The notes beneath the pieces are model-generated. The model worked only from the letters and a program-made list of their open reading frames with translations, did no database searches and was not told the origin of the DNA. A stretch of DNA of 64,000 nt, from the NCBI RefSeq assembly GCF_965227205.1, contig NZ_OZ245727.1, positions 608,863-672,862 of the forward strand, given 5' to 3'. Shown here one piece after another: positions 58,316 to 64,000 of the stretch; position 1 is the stretch's first letter; each line of letters opens with the position of its first letter. This DNA is from Pedobacter sp. Its GTDB lineage: Bacteria > Bacteroidota > Bacteroidia > Sphingobacteriales > Sphingobacteriaceae. The position numbers and the translations under genes are program-made.

Positions 58316-58639
58316 CTAGATACGATAATGTGTCCAACTCAATTCGGTACGCATTGCGTACCAAATTGGAAATGCGGAGTAAAAGGCCCTCATGTTATTC
58401 AGATTTCTATCATCAAAACCCTTTCCAAACTCCAAAGTTAATTGCGTTGATAGATTTTTTAGAGTAGCTTTTCCATAGTCTGCTCTTAACTTTCCTTTTT
58501 GCTCATCTTCAATAATGAGTTTTCCAATTTGCCAATATGATTCCAATAATGCTGAATTTGCAGCACGAAATACTTTTAAACGAGATTGATTGATAATCTC
58601 TTTAATGGCATTGAATAAGTCGTTATTGGATACTTCCAT
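58316..58639 (-). pseudogene. Truncated DUF1016/YhcG family gene (N-terminal domain only)
   Basis: YWQIGKLI...RADYG...LTLEFGKGF...NLNNMRAFY...ELSWTHYRI then stop; the C-terminal PD-(D/E)xK half is absent. Confidence 0.75.
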
Positions 58640-58742
58640 TAATCAATAGATTTCCAACTAAAGTATAAAAACAAAAACTAAAACAAAACAGCTTTGTAGA
58701 TATTTAATAGCTTTACGTTTTCAATCTTATATCTCACAATCC

Positions 58743-60764
58743 ATGTCGAACATACATTCCGAGCCAAATAATTTAATCAACGCTTCATCGCCATATCTAT
58801 TGCAACATGCTTATAATCCTGTACATTGGTACGAATGGGGTAACGAAGCATTAGAGAAAGCAAAAGCTGAAAATAAACTGATTTTGGTGAGTATTGGCTA
58901 TTCGGCTTGCCATTGGTGCCATGTAATGGAACGCGAAAGTTTTGAGAACCATGAGGTTGCAGAGGTGATGAATCAGCATTTTATCTGCATAAAGGTGGAT
59001 AGAGAGGAGCGCCCGGATATCGACCAGATTTATATGTATGCCATACAATTAATGACGGGTAGTGGCGGCTGGCCTTTAAATTGTATTTGCCTGCCAGACC
59101 AACGTCCAATTTACGGTGGAACTTATTTCAGAAAAAACGACTGGATAAATATCTTGGAAAATGTTGCAGGTTTATGGGCGAATGATCCTGATAAAGCCAA
59201 TCAATATGCAGAGCGATTAACTTCCGGCATCCGCGATAGCGAGAAAATAATTCCGGTAGTTTTAGATGGAAGTTATACAGATGAACATTTAACAGAAATC
59301 ATCGAGCCATGGAAAAGACATTTTGATATTGCATTCGGAGGTTACAATCGTGCGCCAAAATTTCCTTTGCCAAATAACTGGGCTTTCATTTTAAGATATG
59401 GCTTTTTAAAAGATGATGAATCTGTTTTTACAGCGGTTTGCCATACTTTAGAAGAAATGAGCAGGGGTGGTATTTACGACCAGATTGGTGGTGGTTTTGC
59501 CCGATACTCTGTTGATGATAAGTGGCATGTGCCACATTTCGAGAAGATGCTTTACGATAACGCACAACTAATCAGTTTATATGCCGAGGCTTATCAATGC
59601 ACAAAATTCGAATCTTTTAAAAAAACTGGCGTTGAAAGTATAAACTGGGTTTTTAATGAAATGACATCTCCCGAAGGTTTATTTTATTCGGCTTTAGATG
59701 CCGATAGCGAAGGCATTGAGGGTAAATTTTATGTATGGGATAAAACAGAATTTGATAATCTGCTCGGTGATGATGCTCTATTAATTGGTGAATATTACAA
59801 CGTTACTTCAGAGGGAAATTGGGAAGAAGAACAAACCAATATTTTAAGAAAAACTGTAAGCGATGATGATATTCTGACGAAATTCAATATTGATGCAGAA
59901 ACGCTTTATGCTAAAGTAGAATCGGCAAAGGTGAAATTACTGAATGTCAGAAATCAACGGATTAGACCTGGTTTAGATGATAAATGTTTAACCGCCTGGA
60001 ACGGTATGATGATTAAATCGCTTGCCGATGCTGCACAAATTTTCAATCACGATTTATATTTCAAAAAAGCTGCTGTTACAGCTAATTTTATACTCTCTAA
60101 CCTTAAGCCCGAAAACGGAGGCTTGTTCCGTAATTATAAAAACGGAAAAGCATCCATCACTGCGTTTTTAGATGATTATGCATTTTTTATTGAAGCCTTA
60201 ATTGCACTTTATGAGTATGATTTTAATGAGCAGTGGTTAAACGAAGCAAAGCATTTAACCGATTATGTAATTGCTAATTTTACCGATGCCGAAACACCAA
60301 TGTTCTTTTATACATCGGCAGAGGCTGAATATTTAATTGCACGTAAGCATGAAGTTATGGATAACGTAATTCCGGCTTCGAACTCTGCAATGAGCCAGAA
60401 TTTGAAAAAGTTAGGATTGCTTTTCGATAATGAAACATACACCGAAAAGGCTAACGAAATGCTTGCAGGCGTACAGCCGAAAATTAAAAGTTATGGTTCT
60501 GCTTATTCAAACTGGGCCATTCAACTTTTAAACGAAGTTTATGGCATAAATGAAATTGCAATAACAGGTGTTGAAGCGGAAGCTGTTAAATTGGAATTGA
60601 GTAATCACTATATTCCAAATAAAATTGTGTTGGGTGGGGTAGGAAGTAATTTGCCATTACTTAAAGGCAAAGAAAGTAACGATACCAAAATTTACGTTTG
60701 CAGAAATAAGGTTTGTCAGTTGCCTGTTAAAACGGTTGAAGAGGCATTGTTGAATATAAAATAA
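58743..60764 (+). CDS. Thioredoxin-domain protein (YyaL/SSP411 family)
   Basis: [50 protein letters not shown]. Confidence 0.93.
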   Translation: MSNIHSEPNNLINASSPYLLQHAYNPVHWYEWGNEALEKAKAENKLILVSIGYSACHWCHVMERESFENHEVAEVMNQHFICIKVDREERPDIDQIYMYAIQLMTGSGGWPLNCICLPDQRPIYGGTYFRKNDWINILENVAGLWANDPDKANQYAERLTSGIRDSEKIIPVVLDGSYTDEHLTEIIEPWKRHFDIAFGGYNRAPKFPLPNNWAFILRYGFLKDDESVFTAVCHTLEEMSRGGIYDQIGGGFARYSVDDKWHVPHFEKMLYDNAQLISLYAEAYQCTKFESFKKTGVESINWVFNEMTSPEGLFYSALDADSEGIEGKFYVWDKTEFDNLLGDDALLIGEYYNVTSEGNWEEEQTNILRKTVSDDDILTKFNIDAETLYAKVESAKVKLLNVRNQRIRPGLDDKCLTAWNGMMIKSLADAAQIFNHDLYFKKAAVTANFILSNLKPENGGLFRNYKNGKASITAFLDDYAFFIEALIALYEYDFNEQWLNEAKHLTDYVIANFTDAETPMFFYTSAEAEYLIARKHEVMDNVIPASNSAMSQNLKKLGLLFDNETYTEKANEMLAGVQPKIKSYGSAYSNWAIQLLNEVYGINEIAITGVEAEAVKLELSNHYIPNKIVLGGVGSNLPLLKGKESNDTKIYVCRNKVCQLPVKTVEEALLNIK

Positions 60765-60852
60765 GCTTGAACAAAAGCTATAATTTACTTAAACTTTATA
60801 GTTTTTTAACCTGACTATTTTAAATTGCAACTATCTATTTAATTAATGCCTT

Positions 60853-61482
60853 ATGAAAAAACATTTTATTGCAATGGTTATTGCCTTGCTACCTTTTTGC
60901 GCTGTAAAAAGCCAGATTAATCCAACAATTAAAGCAGGAGTTACTTTTCCTTCAATTTCAAGTAGCCAATTTCAAGATTTACAAGATGGGCCTGGTGCAG
61001 TAGATTACAACATGTCTACCTCTTTCTATGTTGGCGGAACGGTTGATTTCCCCCTTTCTAAAGCCTTTTACTTACAAACCGGAGCAATGGTTATCGGTAA
61101 AGGCGGTCAGAATGAATTCTACGGAAATAAAAGCAAAATCAAGACTTTTTATGTTGAGGTTCCGGTAAATTTCCTGCACAAATTCCCTGTAGGTGCTCAT
61201 AAAATATTATTAGGCGCAGGACCATATTTCGCAGTCGCTTTTGATGGAAGTACAAAATTAACCACCAGCACCGAGCAGGAATATAATGTAGATATGAGAT
61301 TCGGTAACGACTATAAACGTGCCGATTTTGGACTAAATTTCGTTACTGGAGTAGAGTTTGCAAAACACTTAACACTTAATGTTGGGTATGGTGTAGGTTT
61401 AATGAATATCAGGGTCTTAGCTTCTGATTATATTACCGACAGAAATAACGTTTTATCAGCTGGTTTAGGTTACAGATTTTAA
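60853..61482 (+). CDS. Outer-membrane beta-barrel (porin family) protein
   Basis: Signal peptide; VEVPVN, GAGPY, DFGL, terminal GLGYRF. Confidence 0.88.
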   Translation: MKKHFIAMVIALLPFCAVKSQINPTIKAGVTFPSISSSQFQDLQDGPGAVDYNMSTSFYVGGTVDFPLSKAFYLQTGAMVIGKGGQNEFYGNKSKIKTFYVEVPVNFLHKFPVGAHKILLGAGPYFAVAFDGSTKLTTSTEQEYNVDMRFGNDYKRADFGLNFVTGVEFAKHLTLNVGYGVGLMNIRVLASDYITDRNNVLSAGLGYRF

Positions 61483-61645
61483 TAAGTTTAGCCTTATTTC
61501 AACTCATTACGAAACACCGGATTCATTTATTTACATTCTCTCTGAACAAATAAGCTTACTTTTTTGTTAGCTTAATAATTAACTTATCTTTGCCTCGCAA
61601 TATTTAAAAGCGATAAAAGAAAAATAGATATTGCCTAAATAATTA

Positions 61646-61696
61646 TGCCAGTTGCCGGTTAAAACTGTTGAGGAAGCATTAGCGTATTTACATTAA
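61646..61696 (+). pseudogene. Orphan 3'-end remnant of the YyaL-family gene ([16 protein letters not shown])
   Basis: 30/36 nt identical to 60714-60749; all 6 differences are synonymous third positions. Confidence 0.8.
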
Positions 61697-61706
61697 AAAA
61701 AATTGA

Positions 61707-62213
61707 ATGAATATTTCACCAAACTCAGTAGTGTCGTTAACTTACGAATTGCATACTACTAACGAAGAAGGACAACAAGTTTTTGTAGAAAAAGCTGACG
61801 AACAAAACCCTTTAGTATTTTTATATGGCGTTGGCATGATGTTGCCAAAGTTTGAAGAGCATTTAACTGGTTTAAAAACTGGCGATGAATATAGCTTTGA
61901 ATTATCTGCAGCTGATGGTTACGGAGAATTAGATCCGGGTGCTTTTGCTGATTTACCAAAAGCAATGTTTACTGAAGCTGGTGGCGAAGTGCCAAATGTT
62001 GGTGATGTAATTCCTTTACAAGATAACAATGGCAACCAATTCAGAGCTGGTGTAACTGCTGTTCACGAAGAAACTGTTGCGGTAGATTTAAACCACCCAA
62101 TGGCTGGTAAAAACTTAATGTTTGCAGGTACTATTTTAAGCGTTCGCGAAGCTACGCAAGATGAGTTGGCTCATGGTCATGCTCACGGTGCTGATGGTCA
62201 TTCAGGTCACTAA
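61707..62213 (+). CDS. slyD: FKBP-type peptidyl-prolyl isomerase SlyD
   Basis: PLVFLYG, DLNHPMAGKNL, His-rich tail HGHAHGADGHSGH. Confidence 0.92.
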   Translation: MNISPNSVVSLTYELHTTNEEGQQVFVEKADEQNPLVFLYGVGMMLPKFEEHLTGLKTGDEYSFELSAADGYGELDPGAFADLPKAMFTEAGGEVPNVGDVIPLQDNNGNQFRAGVTAVHEETVAVDLNHPMAGKNLMFAGTILSVREATQDELAHGHAHGADGHSGH

Positions 62214-62237
62214 GAAAAATATAAATTAAAATAATAC

Positions 62238-62269
62238 AGGCTTCGGGTTTTAACCTGAAGCCTTTTTTT
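62238..62269 (+). terminator. Intrinsic terminator of slyD
   Basis: AGGCTTCGGG/CCTGAAGCCT hairpin plus T-run. Confidence 0.85.
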
Positions 62270-62348
62270 GTGTAAACTTTAAAATGTAACTTTAGGGTAT
62301 TGTTGTTATCAACAATTAAATCTCTAACTAAATGTTAAATTAATCGAT

Positions 62349-62927
62349 ATGAAAACTATACTCTTTTCACTTTTTGCTTTTGTATTTTCTTACAGTTTGC
62401 AAGCACAAACGGGTTTAAAAGTAGGTGATAAAGCACCAGAATTTATTGCTAAAAATAGCGAAGGTAAAGAAGTTAACCTCAAGCAGTTGTTAAAGGAAAA
62501 TAAAAGTGTTTTATTGTTTTTCTATCGTGGGCAATGGTGTCCATATTGTAATAAACACATTAAAGATTTACAAGATTCGCTAACCAGCCTAAGCAGTAAA
62601 GGCGCTTATGTTCTTGGTGTTACACCAGAAAGCGATGAATCAATTGCCAAAACAAAAGGAAAAACGAAGGCTTCCTTTTCGCTAATATCTGATAAAGGTT
62701 ATAAAATTATGAAAGCCTATAAGGTTGATTTTGTAATGGAAGAAAGCCTTGTATCAAAGTATAAAGGTTATGGTATTGACGTAGCCAAAAATAATGGAGC
62801 ACTAGATGCTGTTTTACCAGTTCCGGCAACTTATGTAATTGGCAAAAACGGTAAAATAAAATTCGTTCAATTCGATAAGGATTATAAAAAAAGAGCATCT
62901 GTAAAAGAATTGGCGGCTACTCTTTAA
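62349..62927 (+). CDS. Peroxiredoxin-like (AhpC/TSA) family protein, secreted
   Basis: FFYRGQWCPYC motif, LPVPATYVI. Confidence 0.9.
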   Translation: MKTILFSLFAFVFSYSLQAQTGLKVGDKAPEFIAKNSEGKEVNLKQLLKENKSVLLFFYRGQWCPYCNKHIKDLQDSLTSLSSKGAYVLGVTPESDESIAKTKGKTKASFSLISDKGYKIMKAYKVDFVMEESLVSKYKGYGIDVAKNNGALDAVLPVPATYVIGKNGKIKFVQFDKDYKKRASVKELAATL

Positions 62928-64000
62928 AAATCTAATTTTAACCTTAAACCACCGTTAGTAAGGTTCAGATTATCTTTCGAGAAAGTTTTCATTGGTACAC
63001 GTAAAAATGGTTCGACAGCGAAATTCTTTTTACCGTAGATTTTTTGTTTATAGCCTAACGAGAAATTGTAAAAACCAATGTATTTATCGGCTGCGGTTGT
63101 AGCTTCTGCCTGTGGTTCTGAAACACGCTCGGTAACCAATAACATTTGCTGCTCTGCATATCCGTTAGCTGAATTAGCTACTGTTCTATTCTGAGCACTA
63201 CTTACCAAATAGTTATTATCTTGATGATTGTTTAAAACAGCAAGTGCAGAAACACCAACGCCAGTATAAAACTTTTTACTAATGCTATATTTTAATTCTA
63301 TCGGGATATTTATACCACGAACATTAGCATTAACAGATTCGAGACTTTTAGACGTATTTACAGTTGCTGTTCCTTTGCCACTCATAACCGGACTTGCATC
63401 AGCATCTAAGCTCATGTTATTATTACCAGATGATGGGTTACTTGTGCTGCTTAATGCGGTATAAGCAATGCCCGAACTGATGGAAATTTTATCGGCCACA
63501 TTGTACGAAAGTGAGAAACCATAATTCATATTCACTTTATTATCATTTCCCATTGCTGGCGCAACATAAACTCCTGGTTCCCATTTGCTATTACCCTTTG
63601 CTTTATCGGTTTTTTGCTGATTACTTGCATAACTATCGCGAGCAAGAATATCTTCAAAGGTTAGCTTGGTTTGAGCAGGTTTTTTCTTTTCAATTATCAG
63701 TTCTGCTTTTTTGTTGTTGTAATTCGCAATGCTGAAATTTTTAGTTCCAGGCTTTAAAAGCAGATTTTCATTTTGCTTAACAATTGTTGCTAAATCTGTC
63801 TGAGCGTTATTTTCCTGATTAGCAATCACATTGTTTTGGCTGTAAACTTCAGTTTTTACATCTCTGACAGCAGGTTGAGTTACCACATTTTTGTTTAAAT
63901 TTTCAACAGTTTCTGATGTCTTTTTAGGTTTTGGAGCATTAACTGCTAAATCTTTTTGAGTATTAGGATTTGTATGTGATGGCGTAACTGTATCAATAAC
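62924..64000 (-). CDS. Outer-membrane beta-barrel domain protein, 3' part; frame open to the window end
   Basis: No stop between 64000 and 63886 in frame; INIPIELKY, VEPFLRVP, terminal LKLDF. Confidence 0.8.
   Translation of the reverse strand, partial: VIDTVTPSHTNPNTQKDLAVNAPKPKKTSETVENLNKNVVTQPAVRDVKTEVYSQNNVIANQENNAQTDLATIVKQNENLLLKPGTKNFSIANYNNKKAELIIEKKKPAQTKLTFEDILARDSYASNQQKTDKAKGNSKWEPGVYVAPAMGNDNKVNMNYGFSLSYNVADKISISSGIAYTALSSTSNPSSGNNNMSLDADASPVMSGKGTATVNTSKSLESVNANVRGINIPIELKYSISKKFYTGVGVSALAVLNNHQDNNYLVSSAQNRTVANSANGYAEQQMLLVTERVSEPQAEATTAADKYIGFYNFSLGYKQKIYGKKNFAVEPFLRVPMKTFSKDNLNLTNGGLRLKLDF

Overview
Chromosomal window (low GC, AT-rich intergenic DNA) from a Bacteroidota member of the Sphingobacteriaceae, most likely Pedobacter. 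The taxon is inferred from protein families, gene order and TAnnTTTG promoters and was not checked against a database. Most of the window is housekeeping: cydAB, accD, fbaA, ndh, secDF, folA/thyA, ispE, tgt, rsmG, smc, a UvrD/PcrA helicase, slyD and several peptidases. The strongest signal is a complete 1272-bp IS110-family element (3246-4517) whose 5' non-coding end folds into a bridge-RNA-like structure. Its two guide loops match by eye (i) the element's own circle junction and (ii) the host REP palindrome it has inserted into. Joining the two ends also creates a Bacteroidota-type -33/-7 promoter. The intergenic DNA is a nested mosaic of several repeat families, two of which show compensatory base changes consistent with structured RNAs or non-autonomous mobile elements. 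Two copies of one family are bracketed by long (58-79 bp) direct repeats. Also found: a four-helix-bundle gene with an internal stop, missed by the ORF track and flanked by inverted octamer arrays; an orphan synonymous-only copy of a gene 3' end; candidate operators; a truncated DUF1016 gene; and a 1.2-kb ORF-free AT-rich gap. No rRNA, tRNA or CRISPR array was seen. All alignments and folds were done by hand, so repeat boundaries are approximate (a few nt).
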